Source: Rhizophagus irregularis
Taxonomy: Eukaryota
NCBI RefSeq assembly: GCF_026210795.1
Contig: NC_089435.1
Coordinates: 4,402,001-4,466,000 of the forward strand
Length of the DNA: 64,000 nt
Direction: 5' to 3'
Shown: piece after piece, positions 52,480 through 63,031 of the stretch
Layout of the letters: each line of letters begins with the position of its first letter
Position numbering within the stretch: the stretch's first letter is position 1
Notes under the pieces: model-generated
What the model was told of the DNA's origin: nothing
Databases searched by the model: none
The model's input: the letters and a program-made list of their open reading frames with translations, nothing else
Translations under genes and position numbers: made by a program

Positions 52480-54489
52480 TTAACTCCCATTATCATCATT
52501 CATTTCTTTAGCTATCAATGCCTCAATATCATAATCTTCACGTTCTGGATCCAATACAACAGTTTGTCTCCTTTGACTAACTATTACTTCATCTTCTTCA
52601 GATTCATTTCGTTCCATATTAAAAATATGTGAATCAATATCTATATCTAAAGCAACATTTAGATTATACGTTTTAGACATGTCAATAATTGTATCAATTA
52701 TATTTTCCTCATACAAAAAATCATAATCTCCTTCACCAACTAACTCATCACTAATTTCTATTAAAGTATCTATCATTTTTTCACATAATGAACATTCAGA
52801 AGTATCAACTGCATAATAAGGCAATTCACGCTTTGCATTTGTAATATAATAAGTATGCAATTTACACATACCTTCTACCTGATCTACAGCTAATTTTGTA
52901 CGTCTTTGACCATAAACCCATCCTAAAACTGAAAAGGAATGTTCACAAGAAGCACTGTGTGAAGATACAGGCATACAGCAAAAAGCTGAAGTGCTAAAGC
53001 TTGTAATTCCCATTCCTCCTTAGTATTTTGAGCAGTTTCCTACCAAATGATTGGTGTATCTGATTTATAATTATAATGTTGATTAAATGGTGCTTTATTT
53101 TTCATATATTTTCACATTTGAGAAAGTAGTTTTTCACATGATTCTTGATTATATCCCATATTCTTCCAAATCTGTGCTGCTTTGACAGTAATATTATGGA
53201 TCTTACTTGGATTTATACCATTACCTAAAAAAAAATAAAACAAGAATAAATTTATGATAAATGATTCTAATTATTGATAAATTTTTAAAATAAATAAATC
53301 ACAACTTACTATAATAACGAGGATGCAAAAAAAATGCCAAAAGAAAAAGATCATCAGAAAATTTGTCATACTGTTCATTAAATTTAATCACAATAATTTT
53401 TAAATTCTATATTTTGGTTTAATATACGATAAACTGCATTTGCTAATGACAATAAATGAATATAGCAATCAGCAAATGATGATGTTCTTAATTCTAAACA
53501 TCTTACTGTAACCTTAAGTGGATGAAAAATGGATGTAATAATTTGACAATTTTCATAAAAATTTCGGTTACAAAGAATATCTTTGACCCGATTTTTGATA
53601 TCATTTCCATGTTCTGAAAGAACCTAAATAAATAAAATAAAAAATAATAAATTAAATAATTAATAAATATTATATAATAATTTATTATATAATGTAATAT
53701 ACATATGAACACTTACCCCGCAAAAGCAAACTCAAGTCTTACAATAAAATTAATGCAGTGGACCAGCGCATTTTGTATGACTTTTTAATTCTCCTCCTTT
53801 AATTTGTAAAATTTTAATTGCATCCTTCAGAAATTGATATGGAGCATGAGACATTGCAAAATACTGATGAATCACACCAACTTTCCGAACTGTATCTGCA
53901 ACAAATGTGTGTTCGCATACATCTTTCGTAATTAGATTAATACAATGAGCCATACATCGAATATTAAGAATATGAAAGTATTTTTCACAAAGAATCCTTC
54001 GAGCAACACGTGCATCTGGCGCATTATCTGAAACTACTGCAGCCACTTTTTCAGGATCAATATCATCTACAATTTTAATGATTTCATTGCCAAGAAATGC
54101 GCCAGTATGATGGAAGACATCAGAATAATTCTTTGAACACCATAAATATTCTTTACGCTTCTCAGTAATTAAACAATAATCATAAATTGATTGCCCAGTA
54201 GAATTGGTCCACCCATCAAAAGCAATGGTAAGATTATTTTCTTCCTTAATTATTCTATTAACTTTGAGTGTAATTCTGAATACTTTCTGAATTATAAGGG
54301 TTTCTATTAGGACCCAACGGCTTGGAAGATTATAAATAGTACGTAAAATCTTAATAAATTCGATAAAGAAGGGTGTTCAATAAGAGAAAATGGCAAATTA
54401 CAACATACAAATATTTTTGCCAATGCTTTATTATTTTGATCTTTTTTGACTAGTAGAGTAGGAAAATTTTCATAATGATCATCTATACA
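52480..54489 (-). pseudogene. Decayed hAT transposase, interrupted at 54489 by the Polinton-like element
   Basis: CNLPFSLIEHP, AFDGWTN, VVSDNA, RCMAHCINL, FFLHP, HSASCEHSFS with many stops and frameshifts. CCGAAACT subterminal repeats at 52150-52240. Confidence 0.88.
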
Positions 54490-55125
54490 AGTAGTGGGAT
54501 ACCACGCTATAATATAATTATATTATAGCGTGGTATCCCACTTGGACTAGGTTATAGTACCACGCTATAATCTAAATATCATATTATAATCTGAATACCA
54601 CGTTATATTCTAGATACCACACTATAACCTAAATATCATGCTATAATCTAATTACTACAACCTAATTACCACGCTTTAATCTGAGTCGTCGGGCTGGTAG
54701 TGTAGTCACTACGTTCCTCCACCTCGGCCTCAACGGCCTCGCAGTACCTACATCCCCCCTCCGTGGGGCAGGTTTACCTGCCACAGTACCATGGTCTGCC
54801 ACGGTATTTTTCCACTTATTTTTTTTTCTACATTTTTTCTTATATATAACTTACTATGACAACTATGGCAACTATGGCAGACTACTTAAAAATGGAATAA
54901 AAACGTGAATAAAGCTGAAATCAAACAGAATCTCCTGCCATAGTACCTGCCATAGTACGAAAAATCTTATAATAATACTATGGCAGCCTTAGTCAGCCCC
55001 TCAGACTCCAAAACCCGATTCACGCTATGATTACCCTTTATATACTCACCTAGACCCTCCAAGTATGATTCCCTATGTCCTGAACTATGGCACCCGAACT
55101 ATGGCAGCCGAACTATGACCACTTA
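54490..55125. repeat. Left terminal region: 50-bp perfect palindrome plus two iteron-like repeat families
   Basis: Palindrome at 54493-54542. About 7 TACCACGCTATA-like copies at 54500-54680. ACTATGGCA copies in both orientations at 54850-55120. Confidence 0.9.
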
Positions 55126-55202
55126 CCCCCGTCAGAAAAAATATATTCGGCAATTGAAGATTAGGTAACTATAAATTAGTACTCGATTTGATAGAACAAA
55201 AA

Positions 55203-57630
55203 ATGGCCGCTCAAGTTCCAGCAATCTTTAACCCCAACAACCATTTTTTCTACGATGACCTTCTTAAAAAATGTGTAGGTACACACACGAAAGAAAGCGT
55301 CAATCCAGCAATCTTGGCTTCTGTGGCTTTCATCACCACAAAATCCGGCATGTGGATTAGAAAAAAGAAGGCTTACAATGGAAGCATATACTTCGAGTTC
55401 GCCGCAGATCTTAAGGGGATTTCTACTAAGCACAAGGTAATTATTCGGTCAGATACCGGAGAAGACAGTGACGTGACCACATCCACCAAATTAAAGGATT
55501 TTCTTCTCCAAGCATCAATCGCAAAGATCTGTTATACAGATGTAAACTTCATGCCTTATCCCCCAAATGCGCCAAAGTATAATCCTGAATTCTTCAATCT
55601 CTTCCTAGGTTTCAAGGCCCAACCCGCTAAGCGCATCAAACCAAACCTAGTTAATCCAATCATCCGACATGTTCATGAGGTATGGTGTGCAGAGGACAAG
55701 CAATTAACCATATACATCCTCAACTGGCTCGCATTTCTAATTCAAAATCCAGACAAAAAACCCGGTACAGCAATTATCATGCGCAGTCCCCCCAGATGTG
55801 GTAAGAATATCTTAACCGATTTTATCGGAGAACGTATTCTCGGCCGTGAAAATTTCCTCTCCACTACTCGTCTTGAAGATGTAATGGGAAGGTTCAATGC
55901 GGCTGTTCGTGCCAAAAAACTTATCATCCTCAATGAATGCGATATGTCAGGCAAGGAATGGCACGGGGCAAACAACCGACTCAAGAGTTTAATCACCGAG
56001 CCTTACATCTCTATTGAGGAAAAGGGGATAGATGTGAAGGTTATTGATGACTTTGCTGGCTACATGATCATCAGTAATCATGCTATGCCAATCCGCATAG
56101 AAATGGGAGATGAAAGATTTGTAGCTCTCAACGTCTCAGCCAAATATAAGGGCAATAGAGAATACTTCGGTTCTCTCGTAAAAGTATTAGAAAATCCGGA
56201 TACAGCCAGTTCCTTCATGTCCTATCTACTTAGCCGAGACTTAACTGGCTTCAATCCCCGATCTATTCCTGATACTCAAATGAAACGGGAGTTAATTGAA
56301 GCAAGTATCCCGAATCCCCAGCGTTTTATACAATATTACCTTGAAATGATGTGGCCCGACAATTGCGACACACTTGAAATCCCGTGTACAAATTTCTATA
56401 GCACTTACCAGAATTGGTGCAGTGAGAAGGGTGAAAACAAAACACTAAGTGACAATAAATTCGGTATGGAGATTAAACAATTCGCCCCTAAAATGCGTGT
56501 AAGCCGCTCAGGTACCCGAATAAACTATTACATACTAGATAAAGCAAAAATCGTGGAGAATTTTAGTAAAGTAATCCAAGATGTACAAGACGTACAGGAA
56601 GCACCAGTAGAGGGAGTAGAGTTAGTTGCCGAGAAACCCGCTGAGGAAAAACCCGCTGAGGAAAAACCCACTGAGAAAAAACCCGAACCCGCTGAGGAAA
56701 AACCTGCACCTGTAATTCGCAAGACTCCTCCACCGCTTCCACCCAAGCCTGACCACTTAAAAGAACGTCCACAAGAGTTAAGAAAAGAACAACCAGATCC
56801 CGATGAAGATACTAATGAGTCAAACACCGATAAATCTATAGATAACTTCTCAGATTGTTATCTATCTGACGAGGAACCCGACCAAGAAGAACCTATCCCC
56901 GAGCCAGATAACTACGACGTTTTAGATGACTTGCTATCTGACTCAGATTTTACAACTGCGAACCCAGCTCCTGAACAACAACCCGAGTATCCCGCAGAAT
57001 CTTCTGCATCTGTCACTAAGCCTGACCCAGAACCGGCTTCTGAAGAGCAATTTATCCCGAGAACCCGACACAGAACCAGAAGTTGACCGGGATCCTGAAC
57101 CAAAGGAAGGCACTCGAGCGCACTGGGCTTGGCAAGAAAGACACCGATGGGATCGCAAACCATGGGTTAAAAATTTAAAGGACCAGGTCTTCAATGATCT
57201 CTACAATACAGGTAAGGAATTATGGGCCAAGTACCAAGACGCGTCAGACGAATATGACTGGGAAATACTCGCGTTTGAAATAGAGGAATGTCCCACAACG
57301 CGTATTGAGGACGAGTACCAGTACTACCTTATGGAGGTAGTAGACCGCTTCAAGGACTGGATTGAATATAATGGATACTTACCTAAAATACCTAGCCGTA
57401 AAGAACTCGCAGATTTAATAAGAATATACAAGGAGAATCGTAATGCCGAGATTATTCCTACCCCCTCTGGTTATGAAACTATGAGGGCAGATAAGGGTAA
57501 AGCGCGAGAGATCCCCGAGGAACGTCCAAAGACTAATATGGAACGTGAATGGGAAGCCGCCAATGGAATCATCGACGAGTTTGATGATGAGTATTTTGAT
57601 GAGGTCCGTGATATGATTGACTCCATTTAA
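55203..57630 (+). CDS. Superfamily 3 (D5/NrS-1-like) helicase with long acidic/Pro-rich tail; frameshift near 57060
   Basis: FNLFLGF, YILNWLAFLIQNP, Walker A SPPRCGKN, Walker B LIILNE, LKSLITE, MIISN, ERFV, winged-helix-like YQNWCSEKG. The tail continues in the 56926-57630 frame. Confidence 0.85.
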
Positions 57631-57737
57631 TAAGATAAGTGACGTGTAATTATCTTATATTTTTTTGTCCTAAATTATCCTACACTTATTATAAAGAAAA
57701 GCTATATTACAATTGAATACAATTCATAGTATATCAA

Positions 57738-59611
57738 ATGACTCATTCAAAAATTGCACGCGCCTTACCAACACGACCTGACATCAAAGAACTCCAGTTT
57801 TCTGGCGCCCGCTTTTCCAGAGGAGCAATAGCAAGACTCGGTCAGCGACTCCAATCCCAATATCCAAATTGTAAATTCCAGATTTTACTTCCCTATGAAA
57901 ACTGGAAACCCGGTGGTTGGACATCAGGAAACCAACCAGCTAGCCTTTTCTCATTCTTGGATCACTACGACGAAGCACAACTACCGGATGACGCAGACCC
58001 TGATTATTTTGAACGATTCATAATTTATGTGAGAGATGCCCCACCGGTTGCAGGAGGTTGCAACGGGGAGCTAAATGATTGCCTGTATGAATGCCTGAAA
58101 AATATCTACGGCACATTCTCTAAAATGCCAAAGTCAATCGAAAAGCCCGAGTATATCAAAAAGGCATTAGGTCTCAATCGCGATGCTCCCATCCCAGTTT
58201 CATGCATGGACAAGGTTGAACAACTCGCAGGAAGTCTCGCAATTAATATTGTGGGGGACATTACCCGAATCTCTAAGAGTAAGTCCGATAGATGTGTAAC
58301 ACTCATCCTATCAGAAGGCCATTACTCGCGTTAAATCCCGGAAGACTCCACCCCAGTAAAATAGATAGAAAGCGTAATTTACCCATCGTATACCATGAAG
58401 ATGGGACCAATAATGTAGTCACAATATACAACGGCAAAACGGTTAAGTCTTGTACAATTGCGCAGTTTCAAAAAACTAAGAATTCCAAGAGTTCCTTTAT
58501 CTCTGTTGAGAAAAACCGTAAAACGGGAATATATGAAACTCTTGAAGAAGCATATCAGAGAATCCACGAGGAGCGGGATGTCTTCTTACAAACTACAAAG
58601 AAGTTCGGTTTAGGAATCGACTTATCATACCATAACTGGTCTTACAAAAGAACGGCTCTCTGGTTATTCGAACGATTAAGTGTAGGGATTCCAGCCAATG
58701 ATCCTCTTGACCCGATAGAAGCAGAGTGGTTAAGTGATGCAATGATGGGAGGATTAATCTGGGCAGATAACGAGTGGAAGGGCTATGGAAGACAGTACGA
58801 CGCAACAAGTTTATACCCGAGTATTCAACAATCGAACGCGAACTTTCCAATCAGACGGGGTAAATTCCAGACACTTAATGACTTTGTTGACCACAGGGGT
58901 TATGCCTTGTATGGATTATTCCGTGCTAGCTCCCAGAGAGCGCCCAAGGGCAAGGTAAGTGGGAATAATATTCTCTTCCGACAGAATAAAAGGGGAATCT
59001 ATACATTCATCGACTTACAACGAGCAAAAAAACTTGGTCTCAATATACAGTTAATACAGGATGGGAAGCCAAATGCATTGATATATGATAGAGAAGCGAG
59101 AATCCCTGGAACTGTAATATTTGGTGAGTATGTACACTTCCTCTTCAAAATTAAAAACCAGGGTGGCGTAGCTGGCCGCGTGGCAAAGCGAGTCCTCAAC
59201 ACATTATGGGGAGCATTATGCCAGAGGAAGCGTAATTACAAGACACTCACCGCAGATCAAACAGACCCATTTACATTTCCAGAGGGCCATACACTCGACT
59301 CTATCATACCAGTAGGATCTGACCAGTGGCGATTCCAGTTCACAAACCCGGGTAATCCCTTCAAAGGTGAGTATCCCAGGATCGCCCCATTCTTATTAGC
59401 ACGTGGTCGTAAAATCACATCTGAGGCAATTCAACCATACAAGGATAAAGTACGACGTATCCATACGGATGGATTTATTTTAGAAGAACAGCCAGATAGC
59501 CCCGCGCTTTTCACTTGTTCAGAGAATGCAGATACGACTCTAAAGACTTTCAAGTTTGAAACCGCGGGATACTGCCATGTGAAAAATGCGAACAAGGTTA
59601 TCTGGACATGA
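57738..59611 (+). CDS. Protein-primed-type family B DNA polymerase, split by a frameshift near 58326
   Basis: MMGG, motif A YDATSLYP, motif B KRVLNTLWG, motif C HTDG. The N-part has NDCLYECL...LSEGHY. Confidence 0.85.
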
Positions 59612-59704
59612 TTGCTAAGAACTGGTAGGTTTATTTTTTACCGACATACCATGATAGCATAATTGAATAAACCTATAGAACATGTAATCTTACAAGATAC
59701 CCAA

Positions 59705-60199
59705 ATGCAAAACACCGACGGATTAGGTAGACAAGATGACGAAAGTTTCCACACGTGGGCTAAGCGCATTCAGAATGCTGTGCAATATTATGAGACTTGT
59801 AGTAGAATAGGTTTTCATAGGCGGCTACCTTATCCAAGGTCTCGTCAAGCTGTATATGCTTATATTGTGCACATTAGGAGAATAGTATCACGACTACCAA
59901 ATAGGTGGTACTGTACCTACTGTAAATCTTTTATTGATCGCGGATGGGGAGCCGATGCTTCCATGGATCAAGCGGTACGACTACATTTATATAGTTGCCC
60001 AAAGCATTTTAATTTCGACTATTATACTCATCATGCTGAAATGATCCGGAATGCCTTTAGGAGATATATAGAAAGAAGGAACAATAAAGCGGCTAGGATA
60101 ATCCAGAAAGTCGCTATCCCCTGGTTATATAGACCAGGCTCTCCATTGATGCAAAAGGCCGAGCGACGCTTCTACTGTCTTGCAGTATCCCAAGTGTAA
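59705..60199 (+). CDS. Hypothetical protein with a Cys/His finger and IQ-like motifs
   Basis: CTYC..HLYSC, AKRIQNAVQYY, AARIIQK..WLYRPG. ATG at 59705 follows the element's upstream motif. Confidence 0.7.
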   Translation: MQNTDGLGRQDDESFHTWAKRIQNAVQYYETCSRIGFHRRLPYPRSRQAVYAYIVHIRRIVSRLPNRWYCTYCKSFIDRGWGADASMDQAVRLHLYSCPKHFNFDYYTHHAEMIRNAFRRYIERRNNKAARIIQKVAIPWLYRPGSPLMQKAERRFYCLAVSQV

Positions 60200-60281
60200 A
60201 CCCCGAGGTTCATATTTATTTTTTCTCATTCGAATAAACAGGTAACTGAAGATTTATATTTTTTACAAAGTACAAAGAATC

Positions 60282-60753
60282 ATGTCAACATATACCGAAT
60301 TCGCAAGCATTGTTAACAGCACTGACAGCACTAGTGAGGAGGTTATTTACGAGGCATCGCACATTCAGCCTAATGTTGTCTCTGACGAAACTGTCCCCAA
60401 GATTATCCGCGCATTAAAAGATACTATAGTAATCGCATTAGTATCTGGGTTTAGCAAAACCAGTTACCTCGTCCAGGACCACGTGAAGTATATCAAGCGA
60501 ATCCAAACGGCAAATTCTCCTGTATCATATGTGAAGTTCGTGGCCAGAAAACTCTTCCCCAGATAATGCGGCATATACTGCTAAAATAGCAAAAATCCGC
60601 GAATCATACAAGAATAAACAAGCTCTCCTAGATAAGCTTGAGGCCCTCTTCGAATTGTATTATAATGCGACTAAGGACTCATCAACCGGTCCCCCAAAGC
60701 GAGCTATTACTAAAAACGAGGCTGAGAAAACCTTAACAGAACTTCTTGCATAA
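60282..60753 (+). CDS. Hypothetical protein, frameshifted in a C-run near 60558
   Basis: ORF 60282-60566 continues open (PDNAAYTAKIAKIRESYKNKQ...ELLA*) to TAA 60753 if one base is removed. Confidence 0.65.
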
Positions 60754-60862
60754 GCGGCTCCTGTGGTCCTACGATCCTATACGAATTTAGTCTATATTTT
60801 TTATCCATGTGTAATAGGCATACAGTAATTGAAGATAGCTATAGTATAAGTAACAAAACATC

Positions 60863-61249
60863 ATGTTGGACCGGTTACCAGTAGAAATAGTCGAACGCAT
60901 TGTCGCAAAGATCCCGGATACTGACCTTATTGCAGCGAGTAAGGTAGATAGAGTGTGGTGGCAGGAAGTTCGTCAAGAGGCATATAAGAGGTGGAAAAAT
61001 TATGCCACTACGATTGGGTATGTCCGAGCTCTTGGAAAGCCATTCGAAAAAGGAAATGTTGACTGGATAACATTTGAAGATGTAAACGACTTCTATAAAA
61101 GATGGATAGACCGCCTCACCGAGGATCAGCTTTATATTATGGAGAAAATGCTTAGGAATGGGATGGTCGTGGACCCCCAAGAGAGGGAAACCATAGAGCA
61201 TGCATTAAGTGAACATAGATGGAGAGGCGATCCTTGGGGAGTGGTATGA
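60863..61249 (+). CDS. Small F-box protein, 128 aa
   Basis: MLDRLPVEIVERIVAKIPDTDLIAASKVDRVW matches the F-box consensus. Confidence 0.8.
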   Translation: MLDRLPVEIVERIVAKIPDTDLIAASKVDRVWWQEVRQEAYKRWKNYATTIGYVRALGKPFEKGNVDWITFEDVNDFYKRWIDRLTEDQLYIMEKMLRNGMVVDPQERETIEHALSEHRWRGDPWGVV

Positions 61250-61744
61250 ATGGACTCAACAGGAGTAAGCATTTTGCACTTGACTTTCGTAGGAATTACC
61301 CTGCAGAGTCATATTTTTTAGATCCGGCCGGCATTACCGCGTAATCCCGAATTACCGAAAAAGGAAATTTATGTTACACAAGATTCCAAACGCATTCTTA
61401 CCAAATCGATTTTTTGTGGAACGGGTATCGCCCAAAAAGGAAATGATCTACGTACCGCATGAAGTCACGTGACACTCTACACATTTGTTCAGGGTATCAC
61501 GTGACATGAACTCCGTTCACATTTTCTGTAATATAATCCATAGTTTTTCCATGAATGCTTTTTAGGCCAATAATCCAATAACTTATTCATCAGGTATCCT
61601 CGTGTTTTGCGACAAGGACTGATGACCATGTAACCTCATCATCAGGCATCCTCGCATTTTTTGACAAGGACTGATGACGATGTCACTTGGTTATTGTAAA
61701 TTGAAGATAACAATTAGGTATGTAGACACGTACAGAAAAAAGAC

Positions 61745-62329
61745 ATGTCATACCCTTATATAACTAATCCTATAACCGGACGTCCAATCCGTGTTGGTGG
61801 AGATACCTTTAATCGAATAGTTATGGAATCTCATGATTATATCGATGGAAGGCTTGTCCGTAGACAAACCGTACCGCCTCCACCCCAGGAACAACCTGTA
61901 TATTTAAATACAGATACAGGACGCTATATTCAACACGGTACTAGAACGTATCATAGACTGGTTGAGAGTGACTACGAGGTAGTTGAGGACTACTACCTTG
62001 TTTATTCTGAAGAGGAGGAGCTTATAGAGGAAATCATCAATGAAACACGCTATAATGAGGAAAATCTTGATGGCCAGCGGTTAACTTTCAATAATATACA
62101 ACAAATCAGAGCCGCTATTCAAGCTGACCAAGATGAATATGATGATTTTATCTTACAGCAGAATACGACTAACGGGACACCTTCCTCCGGTCCTTCTGGT
62201 CATCCACGAACTTTGGAGGACCATGCCCCGAGACTTGCAGAGCTTAATATTGAGTTGTGTAGGGAATGTCTCATGCCTGTAAGCCCAAGTGACTTAACGG
62301 ACAAGTTGTGCAAGGACTGCGCTTCCTAA
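61745..62329 (+). CDS. Hypothetical protein with two N-x-x-TGR-x-I repeats and a C-terminal CxxC..CxxC ribbon
   Basis: NPITGRPIRVGGDTFNRI, NTDTGRYIQHGTRTYHRL, CREC..CKDC. Confidence 0.75.
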   Translation: MSYPYITNPITGRPIRVGGDTFNRIVMESHDYIDGRLVRRQTVPPPPQEQPVYLNTDTGRYIQHGTRTYHRLVESDYEVVEDYYLVYSEEEELIEEIINETRYNEENLDGQRLTFNNIQQIRAAIQADQDEYDDFILQQNTTNGTPSSGPSGHPRTLEDHAPRLAELNIELCRECLMPVSPSDLTDKLCKDCAS

Positions 62330-62497
62330 TGCTCAGTCCTCCGGTCTTCCGGTCTTCCGGTCTTCCGGTCTTTCCAACGGTTGATCCCTTAATGCCAGTT
62401 ATTTTTTTTTCTACAAATGACAGGTATTTAAAGATAACAATATATAAAAAAGATTGTGAAGGATACTAAGTGAGCGAATAATCAAAGAAAGATAGCC

Positions 62498-62872
62498 ATG
62501 TCAACATCAATCGTAATAAACCAGTGTCAGAACTGTGGAGTATTCTCTGCAAAAGCGGCATATAGAGGATTATCCAGCGTGTTGTATAGACAGATTATAA
62601 AGAAGATTGGCGACGAGAGTGAACCTTTACAAGCCTTGGGACTTGCCAGGGATAAGTTGGTCCAGATTATCCGTCGGGCAAGTAATGCGGATTTTACGCA
62701 ATTATTCACACAAAGACTGGATATGAAAATTATGGACGGAGATTCATACGAGGATACTAGGAAGTGGCTTCTTGAACAGCTTATAGCCATTGGATATGAC
62801 GGTGGGGAAATTGCCTTATATCAGTTCTTACGAAATACATCGGATGGTATTGACGAACCACTACATTCATGA
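62498..62872 (+). CDS. Hypothetical protein, possibly 3'-damaged
   Basis: 124-aa ATG ORF in the same co-oriented gene array; N-terminal CQNC. Confidence 0.6.
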   Translation: MSTSIVINQCQNCGVFSAKAAYRGLSSVLYRQIIKKIGDESEPLQALGLARDKLVQIIRRASNADFTQLFTQRLDMKIMDGDSYEDTRKWLLEQLIAIGYDGGEIALYQFLRNTSDGIDEPLHS

Positions 62873-63031
62873 GAAGTATGTAAGTCGTAATGAAATCCGA
62901 TGACTAAAAACTTTGCCTCTCGAGCCTTAGGAGCTATTGGGTTAAAAGCTAGGATGTTACGGATTGACTTCGAAGGACGTAAAAAAGCGCCGCGATTCTT
63001 GGGGCTTCTGCAGAAGAACTTCGCGAGATTC

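Noticed and set aside
61615..61680. CTGATGA as a hammerhead ribozyme core or snoRNA box
   Set aside because: There is no correctly placed GAAA or three-stem arrangement, and CTGATGA is paired with TCATCAG in a simple hairpin.
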